Below, piece after piece: positions 21,601-31,809 of a DNA stretch of 64,000 bases. Origin of the DNA: an uncultured Planctomycetota bacterium (GTDB lineage: Bacteria > Planctomycetota > Planctomycetia > Isosphaerales > Isosphaeraceae); NCBI GenBank assembly GCA_963845755.1, contig CAWJTV010000012.1, positions 1 through 64,000 on the forward strand. Reading direction: 5' to 3'. Position 1 is the first letter of the stretch; the number at the start of each line of letters is the position of its first letter. Made by a program: the position numbers and the translations under genes. The notes beneath the pieces are model-generated. The model ran no database searches. It had not been told where the DNA came from and saw only the letters and a program-made list of their open reading frames with translations.

Positions 21601-22198
21601 GGTCAGTGAGGAGATCGAGTGTTGTTGGGGCTTGGCATTCAGCCCTGACGGTAGGACGCTTGCGGTCGCCCTCCACGATGGAGTGTCGATCGGCGCCGAA
21701 CACTCCATCAAGCTCTTGGACCCGGCTACGGGTCAGGAGAGGATGACCCTCCGCGGATATCCCTCCAGGGTCTTCAACCCCACCTTCAGCCCCGACGGAC
21801 GTCGCATCGCGGCGTCCCACCTCTACGGGACCCTCTCCATCGGGGACCTTGGCACGGGCAGGACGGTTCTGAACCTGCTCGGGGGGACATTCTCGGCCAG
21901 GTCGCCGCTGTTCACGCCGGACGGTCGCAAACTTGTTGCCGTTTCGGACGAGATCGTGAAAGTCTGGGACGCCACACCCATGACACCAGAGCAGCGAGTC
22001 ATTCGCGAAGCCAGGGGATTGGTCGCGTTCCTTTCCGCGAAATCGCCGCCGAAGGACGAATTCCTCGCGCGAATCCGCCGAGATCCCACCATCAGCGAAG
22101 CGGTGAGGAAACGCGCCCTCGACCTGGCCCTGCGATTTTCTTCTGTTTCTGCCCTCCCTAATCGGCGACCACCTACGAAACCCGGACGACCTCACTAG
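18614..22198 (+). CDS. Hanks-type Ser/Thr protein kinase with TM helix, coiled coil and WD40 repeats
   Basis: GELGRGGMGVVY, AIKMI, HRDLKPAN, DFG, then many GH...VAFSPDG...LASAS.D.TV.LWD repeats. Uninterrupted ORF. Confidence 0.95.
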   Translation: MDKSTSRGEGTHDADLHAATTAIEGPSTLPLVGTSAVPGPVGKCPARADPQRPTAIEETARGENRDDERATTTGSDAARQAGRASPNIPGYEILGELGRGGMGVVYKARQIRLNRLCAIKMILAGAHATREAGARFLAEAEAIAKLQHRHIVEIHSIGEAEGLPYFELEYLPGGGLEQRLDGTPWVPKRAARLVEILARAMAEAHQLGIVHRDLKPANILVAADGTPKITDFGLSKAIGSESDLTLSNAILGSPSYMAPEQAGGYTKQAGPASDIYALGAILYELLTGRPPFRGATILETIEQVKGNDPVSPSRLVPNLPRDTDTICMKCLEKDPAKRYEDARALAEDLKRFKADQPILARPIGATERAWRWCRRNRLVAGLAAGIVATMLMGTIVATYSLVRAIRGEQLASEKSTEAQANAEKAHEQTQLANIAAEKATAEARRADQEAKNAAAEAQRAREEERLADSRLYVAEMNLAHQEWEKGRVDLMQQHLQEVVLGKSEDPDLRGFEWFYHDRLRHADLRTMSGHTAVVHGVAYSPDGRLIASAGGDQTARLWDAVTGREVHTLKGHTKAVDRVVFSPDGRTLASSSWDGTIKLWNVALGTEVRTLKGHRNNVRGLAYSPDGRTLASCSEGGILRIWDTSTGRETGPEFKVEVVHLRLAFSPDGRTIATGTNDQVRLWDAATGRQVRVLSGHTAPVWDVAFSPDGKALASASQDRTVRLWDPSTGRQILNLHGHSNMILAVAFSLDGQTLASASMDHTVKLWDAATGENLRTVRGHTNRVTGVAFSPDGRALATTSWDGTVKIWDATIDAESMPLPGHTELVSALAISPDGQTIASSGEDLSVRLRDADTGEEKHALRGHTSRVGCVAFSSDGRTLASASENLYTPNIETMVRLWNVATGRETRTLMGHTSPVESLAFNPNGSTLASANWKDGVKLWDPATGRQVRALRGQNGGMKFLAFSPDGRILATSGSSQNVQLWDTTTGQEVRSIKVSEEIECCWGLAFSPDGRTLAVALHDGVSIGAEHSIKLLDPATGQERMTLRGYPSRVFNPTFSPDGRRIAASHLYGTLSIGDLGTGRTVLNLLGGTFSARSPLFTPDGRKLVAVSDEIVKVWDATPMTPEQRVIREARGLVAFLSAKSPPKDEFLARIRRDPTISEAVRKRALDLALRFSSVSALPNRRPPTKPGRPH

Positions 22199-22914
22199 TG
22201 CTTTGTCACAGCTTAATCTTAGGGTAGACCGACGTGAGTTTACCGCGAGCATCGTCGATCTTCATTTGCCAATCCACGCCGCGCTGGGTGCTGTTGACAT
22301 CGGATGACCAAGCGCCGGTCTCCGCTCGCAGGGTGGGAACATCGCCGAAGCGGCGACCGGACACGCACTGGCGTGTCAGGGAGCTCAGCTCATTCTCGGC
22401 GATGTTCAGCCAGCTACCGTGCTTGGGCGTGTAACAGAACTCGATGCGGCAGACCAACTGGTGCTGCCGGGCGGGTGCAAAACTCTCGTAGAATGCGCCT
22501 TTGGTGTGCGTGTTCAAGTTGTCGCACACGACGATCACGTGCTCGGCGTCGGCGTAACGGCCTTCCATCAGTCGAGCCATCTCGATCGCCCAGTCCACCT
22601 TGGTTTTCGTCTCGCGAACGGCCACCTCGCACAACCCGCCAGTGGTTCGGTGAACATGAAGATGTTCGCTGTCCCGCGCGCTCGTACTCATAGTCAACGC
22701 GCCGGCCGTGTCGGCGGGTGGCGGGGATGGGCACGCGGGTCTCCTTCAGCAACTGCACCGGTTGCTCGTCCATGCCCAGCACCGGACGGGCGGGATTATA
22801 AGGTATCGCGTAGGTCTCCAGCACTTCCTCCATGTTGGCTACGAACTCGCCGTCGGCCTTGGGCGGGATGACCCAGTACTCAAGCTTGCGGTTGGTCATG
22901 CCGTTTTTTTCTAG
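22195..22914 (-). mobile_element. IS630-family 3' half (DDE part plus one terminal end), inverted left arm
   Basis: Reverse complement of 24617-25337 with few differences. Encodes EYWVIPP..DEQPVQLL..VVCDNLNTH..TPKHGSWLNIAENE. Bounded by CTAG at both ends. Confidence 0.9.
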
Positions 22915-22946
22915 GATAGCAAAAGTAGCTGGGAAGCCCCTCGGCT

Positions 22947-22955
22947 TGGTATAAT
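22947..22955 (+). promoter_or_regulatory. Extended -10 promoter TGgTATAAT for the central transposase
   Basis: Perfect TGnTATAAT, followed by a GGAGG SD at 22981-22985 and ATG at 22992. Confidence 0.6.
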
Positions 22956-22991
22956 GGACGTAAGAACAGAACAGAGCAGAGGAGGCTTTCC

Positions 22992-24620
22992 ATGCGCAAC
23001 CACAAACGACGACCTCGACCGCAACCCGATCGCGCCTTAACCCTCACTCCGGTCCTCTTGAACTGCCCCGAGTGCCAGCACCGGACCGGTGCCGACTACA
23101 ACAACTTTCGCACCATCAGCACCCTCGACGGCGTCTTCCGGCTGACCCTGACGATCCGACGCTGCCCCAATCCCGCCTGCTCCCGCTTCCTGAGACCCTA
23201 CCGCCCTGAGGCTGAGCCCCACTTCGCCTTGCCCTATCACGAGTTCGGCCTCGACGTCATGGCCCTGGTGGGCCGGCTCCGCTATGCCGAGCACCGCAGC
23301 ATCCCCGAGATCCACCGCGAGCTCACGCACCGCGGGCTCATCCTGGCCGAACGCACCGTCACCAACCTGTTGGACCGCTACGACGAGCTGCGGTCCCTGG
23401 CCACGGCCGATCCCCAGCGACTCGGTCCGCTGTTGCGCCCGCAGGGCCGCGTCATCCTGGCCATCGACGGCCTGCAGCCGGATGTCGGCCACGAGGTCCT
23501 CTGGGTGCTGCGCGACTGCCTCTCCGGCGAGATCCTCCTGGCCAAGAGCCTGCTGTCGTCCACGGCCCAGGACCTGGCCGGCCTGATCGACCAGGTGCGG
23601 AAGGTCCTGCCGGTGCCGATCACCGGCGTGGTCTCCGACGGTCAGGAGAGCATCCGCAACGCCGTGGCTATCGCCCTCAAAGGTGTCCCCCATCAGCTCT
23701 GCCATTTCCACTACCTCCGCGAGGCGGCCAAGCCGATCTACGAGGCGGATCGCCACGCCAAGAAGGAGTTGAAGAAGCGGGTGCGGGGCATCCGGAAGAT
23801 CGAGCGTGCGGCGGAGAAGGAGCTGGAGGACGACGCGGAGGACGCGGAGGCGGAGGTGGTGCGGGACTACTGCGCCGCGGTGCGCGGGGCCTTGACCGAC
23901 GACGGACTGCCACCGCTTTCGGCCTCCGGGCTGAAGCGGCAGGATCGATTGAGCCGGATTGCCGCCAACTTGGACGATGTCGTCGCCAAGGCGGGCGACC
24001 TGCCCGGGGGTTTGAAACGGCTGAGGCAATTGCTGCGGCGCGGGCTGGAGGAGACGGCCGCGCTGTTCCCGGCGGTGCGCGAGTCGTACCAATGGGTCAA
24101 GCGCGCTGCCCGGATCCTCAAGAACGAGGAGGGGCTGCCGGCGAAGAAGGTGCGGCGGCGGCTGGTGCAACTGCTGGCGCGAATGCGCCGGGCGGTGGCG
24201 ACGACAGACGAGCCCACGGTGCGGGCGGGTTTGAAGCAGTTCGTGAAGGTGACCCGGAGCTACTGGCCGGGCTTGTTTGCCTGCTACGAGTCGTCGGATC
24301 TGCCGCGGACGAATAACGACCTGGAGCACACCTTCGGCAGTCATCGCTACCACGAGCGCCGGGCCAGCGGTCGGCGTCGGGGGTCGCCGGGCCTGGTGGT
24401 GATGGGCTCGGCGCGGGTGATCTCGGGGCTGGCGACGCGGCTGCGGCCGGACGAAGGCTTGGTGCTGAGCCCGGGCTATGTTGAGGATTGGAAGGGACTG
24501 TGCGCGGAACTGGAGGCGCGGCGGGAATCGCGGCGGAAGCAACGCCGGTTCCGCCACAATCCCGATGCCTACCTCAAGGACTTGGAGCACCGCTGCCTCC
24601 AGCTAACTTTGCCAGCCTAG
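22992..24620 (+). CDS. Transposase (Zn-finger N-terminus, RNase H/DDE-like core)
   Basis: CPEC...CPNPAC; ILAIDGLQP; VVSDGQ; HQLCHFHYL; PRTNNDLEHTFG. The stop codon coincides with the element end. Confidence 0.8.
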   Translation: MRNHKRRPRPQPDRALTLTPVLLNCPECQHRTGADYNNFRTISTLDGVFRLTLTIRRCPNPACSRFLRPYRPEAEPHFALPYHEFGLDVMALVGRLRYAEHRSIPEIHRELTHRGLILAERTVTNLLDRYDELRSLATADPQRLGPLLRPQGRVILAIDGLQPDVGHEVLWVLRDCLSGEILLAKSLLSSTAQDLAGLIDQVRKVLPVPITGVVSDGQESIRNAVAIALKGVPHQLCHFHYLREAAKPIYEADRHAKKELKKRVRGIRKIERAAEKELEDDAEDAEAEVVRDYCAAVRGALTDDGLPPLSASGLKRQDRLSRIAANLDDVVAKAGDLPGGLKRLRQLLRRGLEETAALFPAVRESYQWVKRAARILKNEEGLPAKKVRRRLVQLLARMRRAVATTDEPTVRAGLKQFVKVTRSYWPGLFACYESSDLPRTNNDLEHTFGSHRYHERRASGRRRGSPGLVVMGSARVISGLATRLRPDEGLVLSPGYVEDWKGLCAELEARRESRRKQRRFRHNPDAYLKDLEHRCLQLTLPA

Positions 24621-25337
24621 AAAAAAACGGCATGACCAACCGTAAGCTTGAGTACTGGGTCATCCCGCCCAAGGCCGACGGCGAGTTCGTAGCCAACATG
24701 GAGGAAGTGCTGGAGACCTACGCGATACCTTATAATCCCGCCCGTCCGGTGCTGGGCATGGACGAGCAACCGGTGCAGTTGCTGAAGGAGACCCGCGTGC
24801 CCATCCCCGCCACCCGCCGACACGGCCGGCGCGTTGACTATGAGTACGAGCGCGCGGGACAGCGAACATCTTCATGTTCACCGAACCACTGGCGGGTTGG
24901 CGCGAGGTGGCCGTTCGCGAGACGAAAACCAAGGTGGACTGGGCGATCGAGATGGCTCGACTGATGGAAGGCCGTTACGCCGACGCCGAGCACGTGATCG
25001 TCGTGTGCGACAACTTGAACACGCACACCAAAGGCGCATTCTACGAGAGTTTTGCACCCGCCCGGGCGCGCCAGTTGGTCTGCCGCATCGAGTTCTGTTA
25101 CACGCCCAAGCACGGTAGCTGGCTGAACATCGCCGAGAATGAGCTGAGCTCCCTGACACGCCAGTGCGTGTCCGGTCGCCGCTTCGGCGATGTTCCCACC
25201 CTGCGAGCGGAGACCGGCACTTGGTCATCCGATGTCAACAGCACCCAGCGCGGCGTGGATTGGCAAATGAAGATCGACGATGCTCGCGGTAAACTCACGT
25301 CGGTCTACCCTAAGATTAAGCTGTGACAAAGCACTAG
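24617..25337 (+). mobile_element. IS630-family 3' half, right arm
   Basis: Starts at an A7 run (AAAAAAACGG, KKNG), typical of the IS630 orfA/orfB frameshift site. DDE_3 motifs. Ends TGTGACAAAGCACTAG. Confidence 0.9.
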
Positions 25338-25839
25338 AGCGCCTATCGGTTGGATTGCGCACGCCCCAGGATGACGCGAAGACCCCGCTAAACCAGGCCT
25401 GGTTCAAACCAGGGTAACACTTGGAGGCGTAAAGCCCTCGGCGACTTGGCCGGAACACCTTGCCCTGAAATCGGTTGTGGCCGGAACGGCACGGCCATGG
25501 ATCGCGAAACGTGTTACCCTGGCTCCGAACGACGTGAACCACGCCCTAAACATCAGGCTGAAAATAATTTCGGATTTTTTATCTGCCGCTGGGACTGAGG
25601 GTTGGGGCGACTCTCGGCCGAAATCCCCGCTAGGTGCATTAACGGTTTCCCAAAGTTGCGGCATCCTGAGAGTATGGCCCACGTGCGATCACTCCCGAGA
25701 CGGACTCCCGGATCGCACCTCCCGGTCCAGGTCGTCGTCGCAACCGGATATCAGCCAAAGAGATCGGGGAGGGCGACCCGGGAAAAAGATGTCCCATTGT
25801 GCCACTTCATGACACCCGCATCGGTCGGTGAGTCCCGGA

Positions 25840-25889
25840 GGGGACCTGCGGTCGGCGGGGTGGCCAGGTCGGGAGACCGTGCCACAGCG
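25840..25889. repeat. Single REP arm related to the 2363-2566 family
   Basis: GGGACCTGCGGTCGGCGGGGTGGCCAGGTCGGGAGACCGTGCCACAGC resembles GGAGACCTACGGTCGGGC...GGTCAGGAGACCCGCGCC. Confidence 0.55.
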
Positions 25890-25958
25890 TGGGGCGCGCG
25901 CCACCCACGTGGGAGGCGCTCTACGCCGCTCGCGCTTGCTTCCCGGGGAAATGACCGA

Positions 25959-27433
25959 TCACGCCGCGCTGGCGGCCGCATTTGCCAGCGCATCGAAGAG
26001 GCGGTCGGCGGTGGTCTCGGCGGCGTGGATGCAGTCGGGAATCCCGACACCGTCGTAGGCGATTCCGGTGAGATACAGGCGGGGATGGCGCGCGAGCTTG
26101 CGGCGGATCGTCTCGACGCGGTCGAGGTGGCCGAGGATGTACTGGGGCATCGAACGGGGATGACGACCAATCCGTTGAAACAGGGGCTCGCCGGTCGCAC
26201 CGATCAGCGCGCCCAGCTCGTTGCGAACAATCTCGCCGATCGCCGCGTCGTCGCAGTCAAACAGCTCGGGTTGGGTGGCGCCGCCGATGAAGACGCGGAG
26301 CAGCACGGTGCCTGCCGGCGCACGGCTGGGAAACTTGATGCTCAGGAACGAGACGGCCAGGACAGGGCGACCCTCGATCGCGGGCACGACTGCGCCGAAC
26401 CCGTCGAGCGGATGTTGGATCTGGTCGCGCCGATAGGCGACGTTAACGATCACCGACGATGCATAAGGGATCGCACGGAGCTGGAGTGCCAGCGCGGGAT
26501 CCTGCGCGTCGATCAGCCGAGCGGCCGCATGAGCCTCGGTCGTCAAAACGACCGCATCGGCCTCCAGTGGCGGGCCGTCGAGCAACTCCACCAACCAGCG
26601 GGATACGGGCTCGTTGCGGACAATCCGGCGAACCGCCGTGTTCAGCCGGACGCAACCGTCCGGCAGCGCCGAGGCCAGGGCTGCAGGAAGCCCGTCCATG
26701 CCATCGTCCAGGGTGACGAACATCCCGTACCGCGCCCGGACGCCTGGCGCCGACGTGCTTCTGGCCCCGGCGCGCGCGCCTCGCGCAGTGCGCCCCGAAT
26801 GATGCTGCGATGCTCGCGCTCCATCGCCGGGAACTCCGGCAACGTCGCCTTGAGGCTCAGATTGTTGGGATCGGCCGTGTAGATCCCCGCGACGAGAGGC
26901 TGGATGAGCCGATCCAGGGCCTCGCGACCGAACCGGCGTCGGACGAAGCCCGCCACGGACTCCTCGATCTCGTCATCCCGACGCGGGAGGAACAGATCCA
27001 TCAGCATCCGAAACTTGCCGCGCCAGGAGAGGATCGGCGTCGTCAGGAGCGGTCCCAGACGCTGGGGTTTCATCAGCACAAACCCCTCGGGCACCGGCAA
27101 CAGCCGGCTCTTGCGGACCACGAACGAGCGTCGGCGGCTGGGATCCGTCTCGATCAGCCGGTCCCCCAGACCCAGACGCCTGCACAGATCCAGGCCCCAG
27201 GGCTTGTTCGTGATGAACGAGTCAGGACCTCCTTCGAGTGTGAACCCTTCGAATCGTTCCGTCGCGATCACGCCCCCCAGCCGTTCCTTGGCTTCCAGCA
27301 ATGTCAGGTTGACCGATCGGCGCAGGGCAGTCGATCTCTCCTGAATCCGATGCGCGACCGCCAGGCCGGAGAGTCCCCCTCCGATCACGATCACTCGATG
27401 GGCTTTCGACGGGTCGTACGTACGCTCGGCCAA
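25959..27433 (-). CDS. hemG: Protoporphyrinogen/coproporphyrinogen oxidase, HemY-type (frameshift near 26735)
   Basis: VIVIGGGLSGL; LEGGPDSF; SMPQYILGH; AYDGVGIPDCI. TTG start after GAAGGAG. Confidence 0.9.
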
Positions 27434-27808
27434 GTTTGCTCGCTCCTTCAACTCGTTGCGCAAACCGCGCTGCCGGGAGGAGTCTCTACGTCGGAGGACC
27501 TAGGCAATCGAGAGGATCAGGTGTCCCTGCGGGGCGTGTCCGTCCTGTGTCACTCCGTGCGTGACCGCCGGATCATACTCGATTTGAGGATACCAATGTT
27601 GGAAAAAAACAACGCCATGCTGGTTTTTTCTGGTCCACACTTCCGTGGAGCGTCGCCAGAATGGTTGCATTGTCCCAGGGTCTACTCTCTGTTCGTATTC
27701 TATTGCACTTACCGGGCCGGGACGAGAGGACGTGCCGCGGACCGCGCAGCGAATCCTCGGAAGGTTCGATTGATGCGATACCGCTTTGGCCGGCGAATCA
27801 CGGGTATT

Positions 27809-28905
27809 TCAGAGGCTGGCGACCGGTGCAAGGTCTCGGTGCGACTGCTCGTGGACAATCTCGACCAGGGCTCGGACATGATCGACGGGCGTATGAGGCA
27901 GAATGCCGTGTCCCAGGTTGAAGATATGGCCTGGGCGTCCGCCGGCCTGCCTCAGGATTCGGCGGGCCTGACTCTCGATCTCCTCGAGAGGGGCGAGGAG
28001 GACGACGGGATCGAGGTTCCCCTGCACGGCGACGCCGTCGCCAAGCCGTGCCCGAGCCTGGTCCAACTCGACGCGCCAATCCAGGCCGATCACCGAGCCC
28101 CCCGAATCCCGCTGGAGGTCCAGCAGCGAGCCCGTATCGGTCCCGAAGTGGATCGAGGGGATCGCCGGATCGAGCCGGGAGAAGAGACGTGTCATGTGTG
28201 GCTGGACGAACCGCCGATAGTCCGACGGGCTGAGAGTCCCAACCCAGCTATCGAAAACCTGCAGGGCCTGCGCCCGGCCGCCGCCTGGGCATTCAGATAG
28301 ATCGCGGTGGCGTCGACCAGATGCTCCATCAGCACATTCCAGGACCCCTCGTATCGATACATGAACATTTTAGCTTGATCGTAATGTCGCGACGCTCCGC
28401 CTTCGATAGCGTAGCAAGCAAGCGTGAACGGTGCGCCCGCAAATCCGATCAGCGGCGTGCCGGTGCGCAGAGAGGCACGGATCGAGCGGACGGCCTGAAT
28501 CACGTAATCCAGGGGTCCGGCATCGGCCAGCGGTCGGATCCGATCCACATCGGACGGGGCGCGAATCGGATTGTGAATGACCGGTCCCTCCCCCTTGGCG
28601 AATTCCAGCGCGAAGCCCAGCGGCTCGAGGATCAGGAGGATGTCTGCGAAGAGGATCGCGGCGTCAACACCAAGCCTTTCGGTGGCGGTGACGGTCACCT
28701 CGGTCGCCAGGTCGGGACGCTTGCAGAGTTCAAGGAAGGAGACTTTCGACCGCACGGAGCGGTACTCGGCCATGTAGCGGCCCGCCTGACGCATCAGCCA
28801 GATTGGTGTCACGTCCGTCGGTTCCCGGCGGCACGCCTTCAGGAAGGGAGAGTTCCAGAGATCGTCGTCGATACGCGATGGAAGGGGGGACGTCGGGCCG
28901 TTCAT
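27809..28905 (-). CDS. hemE: Uroporphyrinogen decarboxylase (frameshifts near 28270-28200)
   Basis: TPIWLMRQAGRYMAEY; DAAILFADIL; PLIGFAGAPFTLACY; VQGNLDP; HIFNLGHGI. Confidence 0.92.
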
Positions 28906-29198
28906 GAACGTGGAGCATTTCCCAGGAACAGCAAGTCGGCTCTGCCAGATGATGCGATTCTACAACACCCATTCGATCGCGGGGACCCGAATCCGCAATA
29001 AATCCTTGGTGAAGAACCTGACAGATAGCGCCAGCAGCCGTAGAATGTCCAGTGGAGTTCGATTTCAGTGAGCTCGTAGCCTACATTCTCACTCCTCATC
29101 GTCGAAGCCGAATGACGGCCAGGAGACCTTATGATGGACGGATGAGGCTCGAGCCCTTCGTTTGACGTAAACGAGTTTGTCGGAGAGTGATGGTCAGG

Positions 29199-30153
29199 AT
29201 GGAACGAGGAGAATCCGGCGAGTTGCGGGACGAACCGCAACTCGCAGCGAATGGACAGGCGGGCCCGGCTGCGATCCCAGGTGTTTCGGGTAGTTCTCGG
29301 CACAACGGAGTGTCGCGGCTCCCTTGGGCGGATCCGGGAAGCAGTGTCGGCCGCGTGAGAGGCAAGCCGACGTCTGACGAGCAACTGCTCGATCGGCCCA
29401 CGCCCGGCGAGCCGTTCCCACGTGCGCCGGAACTGGGCGGCGTTCACCCATACCGATTCCTGGCGAGTCTTGCGGATCCAGGGAGAGTTTGTCTACGGGA
29501 TCAATGCACTGGCCGAAGTCGGGTCCGCGGTGAGTATCTTTGGGTCGGCGCGGTTCGGCGAATCTCATCCGCTCTACGCGCCGGCCCGCCAGTTGGGCGA
29601 ACTGCTCGTTCATGCGGGTTTCGCGGTGATAACCGGCGGCGGCCCAGGCCTGATGGAGGCGGCCAATCGAGGGGCCTACGAGGCCGGCGGCCTCTCGATC
29701 GGCTGCAACATCGAGCTACCCTTCGAGCAGATCGGGAATCCTTACACGAACCTGGCTATTAACTTCCGTTATTTCTTCGTGCGGAAGACGATGTTCGTAA
29801 AATACTCCAACGGTTTTGTCATCTTCCCCGGCGGCTTCGGCACGCTTGATGAGTTGTTCGAGGCACTGACCCTGGTTCAGACTCGCAAGGTCACCCGATT
29901 CCCGATTATTCTCTATGGCCGGGCTTACTGGCAGGGCCTTCTGGATTGGATCACGCAAACCCAACTCGTCCAAGGGGCGATTTCGCCCGAGGACCTGAGC
30001 CTCCTCGTGCTGACCGATTCCGTCGAGGACGCTCGCGACATGCTAGTCGATTGTTACCAGACACACTCGGGGTCGAACTGGAAGCGGTCGATCCAGCCCA
30101 GGCCGGATGTCGTTCCCGCCACGACACCCGCGAAGGCCCTGGATTCCGGTTGA
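29199..30153 (+). CDS. LOG family (TIGR00730-like) nucleotide monophosphate nucleosidase (frameshift near 29438)
   Basis: VSIFGSAR; ITGGGPGLMEAANRGA; FRYFFVRKTMFVKYS; PGGFGTLDE. The N-terminal extension lies in ORF 29187. Confidence 0.85.
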
Positions 30154-30328
30154 GCCGATAGCCAATAAGCCCCAGTCCGTGAATTCTCGAGTCTGCGAGC
30201 CCTCGCGGCTTCCGCCCGAAGTCCGATCTCGTTAGCGATTCACAGGGTTCGGACCGCAGAGGAAGGGCCCCAAATGCCCGGTTCACGCACCGCGGACTCA
30301 ACGACCCAAGACTCAAGGACCCCGAGCG

Positions 30329-31543
30329 ATGAGTGAGCCACCCACGTCGGGCGCGACGTCGGATCCGGTAGCCGCCTCGACCAGCGGCACTGATTTTGAG
30401 TCGGTGCGAGCCGCCCTCGATAGCGAAGGCCCTCGAACCGCCCTCGAACGGCTGGCGGAACACCTCGAGGCGACCAGCGACTATCGCGCCTTGCTCGACG
30501 CACTCTTGCTGCGCGCCCGCTACGACCTCGACTTGCCTCTGGTCCCGTCGGGCTCCTTATCCGAGCTGCCCGAACCCGTACGCACGCAGTACGAGGAACG
30601 GTATCTCGATGCACTTCGCCTCGTGGGCTCGAAGTATCTGGAGGCTGGTGACATCCCCTCGGCGTGGGCGTATTTCCGAGCCATCGGCGAGACCGATCGC
30701 GTGGCTCGGGCAATCCAGGACTACCAGCCGTCGGGAGGTGACGAGCGGCTCGGCGCGGTGATCGAGGTCGCATTTAACCACGGCGTCAATCCTCTCCGGG
30801 GATTCGAGCTGATCCTGGAACATTACGGCACATGCTCGGCGATCACGGCATTTGAGCAGTTGCCGGCTCACGACGAAGCGGTGCGACGCGCCGGCGCCGG
30901 GCGGCTGCTGGAACGCCTGCACGAGGATCTCTCGACCAATTTGCGCACCGACATCGCGAACCGCGGGCAGTTGCTCCCGCGTACCCCAGCAACGATTGGA
31001 GACCTGATTGCCGGCCGCGATTGGCTATTCGCCGACGATGCCTACCATGTCAACATCTCGCACCTGGCCTCTGTGGTGCGCATGTCGATCCTGGTCGACG
31101 ACCCTGGGCTGACCGCCATGGCTGCCGACCTGACGGAGTATGGACGCCGCCTCTCGCCACGGCTCCAGTTCGAGGGGCATCCCCCTTTCGAGCGGATCTT
31201 CGACGACCACGCGATCTATCTCGCCGCACGGCTCGGCCGGGACGTAGATTCGGCCGTCGCCCATTTCCGGGACAAGCTATCGGCGTACGATCGCCAATCC
31301 GGCGAGGCGGCCATAACCGCCCAGACGCTCGTCAATCTTCTGGTCCGGCTCGAACGGCTCGACGATGCGATCGACGTAGCATCCGAGTATCTCGCGGGTA
31401 CGCCCGATGGCGCCCTATTCTGTCCCGGTGTGGCACAACTCTGTCAGCGTGCCGGAGACCCTCAGCGACTGGCGGCTATTTCACGTACTCATCACGACCT
31501 GGTGAACTACACCGCCGCCTTGCTGATGATCTCACGCCCTTGA
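30329..31543 (+). CDS. Hypothetical alpha-helical protein
   Basis: Uninterrupted 404-aa ORF with typical codon usage. No recognisable catalytic motif. Confidence 0.75.
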   Translation: MSEPPTSGATSDPVAASTSGTDFESVRAALDSEGPRTALERLAEHLEATSDYRALLDALLLRARYDLDLPLVPSGSLSELPEPVRTQYEERYLDALRLVGSKYLEAGDIPSAWAYFRAIGETDRVARAIQDYQPSGGDERLGAVIEVAFNHGVNPLRGFELILEHYGTCSAITAFEQLPAHDEAVRRAGAGRLLERLHEDLSTNLRTDIANRGQLLPRTPATIGDLIAGRDWLFADDAYHVNISHLASVVRMSILVDDPGLTAMAADLTEYGRRLSPRLQFEGHPPFERIFDDHAIYLAARLGRDVDSAVAHFRDKLSAYDRQSGEAAITAQTLVNLLVRLERLDDAIDVASEYLAGTPDGALFCPGVAQLCQRAGDPQRLAAISRTHHDLVNYTAALLMISRP

Positions 31544-31602
31544 AACCATGCAAGACGTTGACGACCGGTAGTGAATCAGCCCTCAACCAGCCGTGGTGCA
31601 GA

Positions 31603-31809
31603 TCACTCGCTCTTCGCCTCGACGAGGCACAACCCCGCCTCGGCAAGCGCCGTGCGGGGAAGTTCGAGGAAGCGGCTGAGGAGATAGTCCCGCCCCCAGT
31701 CCTCGTTCTCGAGGGAATCCAGGGGCGGCAAGTCGGTGACGCCAAATCGATCGGTAAGAATCTCGAATGCTTCCGAGACTCCCAACTCGATGATGGGGAT
31801 CAGCTCCAT
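31603..31809 (-). CDS. Small acidic hypothetical protein
   Basis: MELIPIIELGVSEAFEILTDRFG...; its start overlaps the stop of the M50 gene. Confidence 0.55.
   Translation of the reverse strand: MELIPIIELGVSEAFEILTDRFGVTDLPPLDSLENEDWGRDYLLSRFLELPRTALAEAGLCLVEAKSE

Larger units (their letters stand above)
22911..24620 (+). mobile_element. Unclassified (ISNCY-like) insertion sequence
   Basis: Imperfect TIRs CTAGGATAGCAAAAGTAGCTGG and the reverse complement of the right end, CTAGGCTGGCAAAGTTAGCTGG (18/22). Single intact transposase ORF. Confidence 0.75.

Noticed and set aside
20190..21980. WD40 repeats as a diversifying array or DGR target
   Set aside because: The units are well diverged at DNA level; no reverse transcriptase or template/variable repeat pair was seen.
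23037..24590. 517-aa antisense ORF over the transposase (also long ORFs 26810-28300 and 54778-56400)
   Set aside because: Antisense shadows of real genes, expected in high-GC DNA; no motifs.
25391..25412. 14-bp palindrome AACCAGGCCTGGTT next to the IS end
   Set aside because: Single short palindrome with no supporting context.
27434..27808. Gap between hemE and hemG lacking hemH
   Set aside because: No ferrochelatase remnant is visible, and split hem operons are common.
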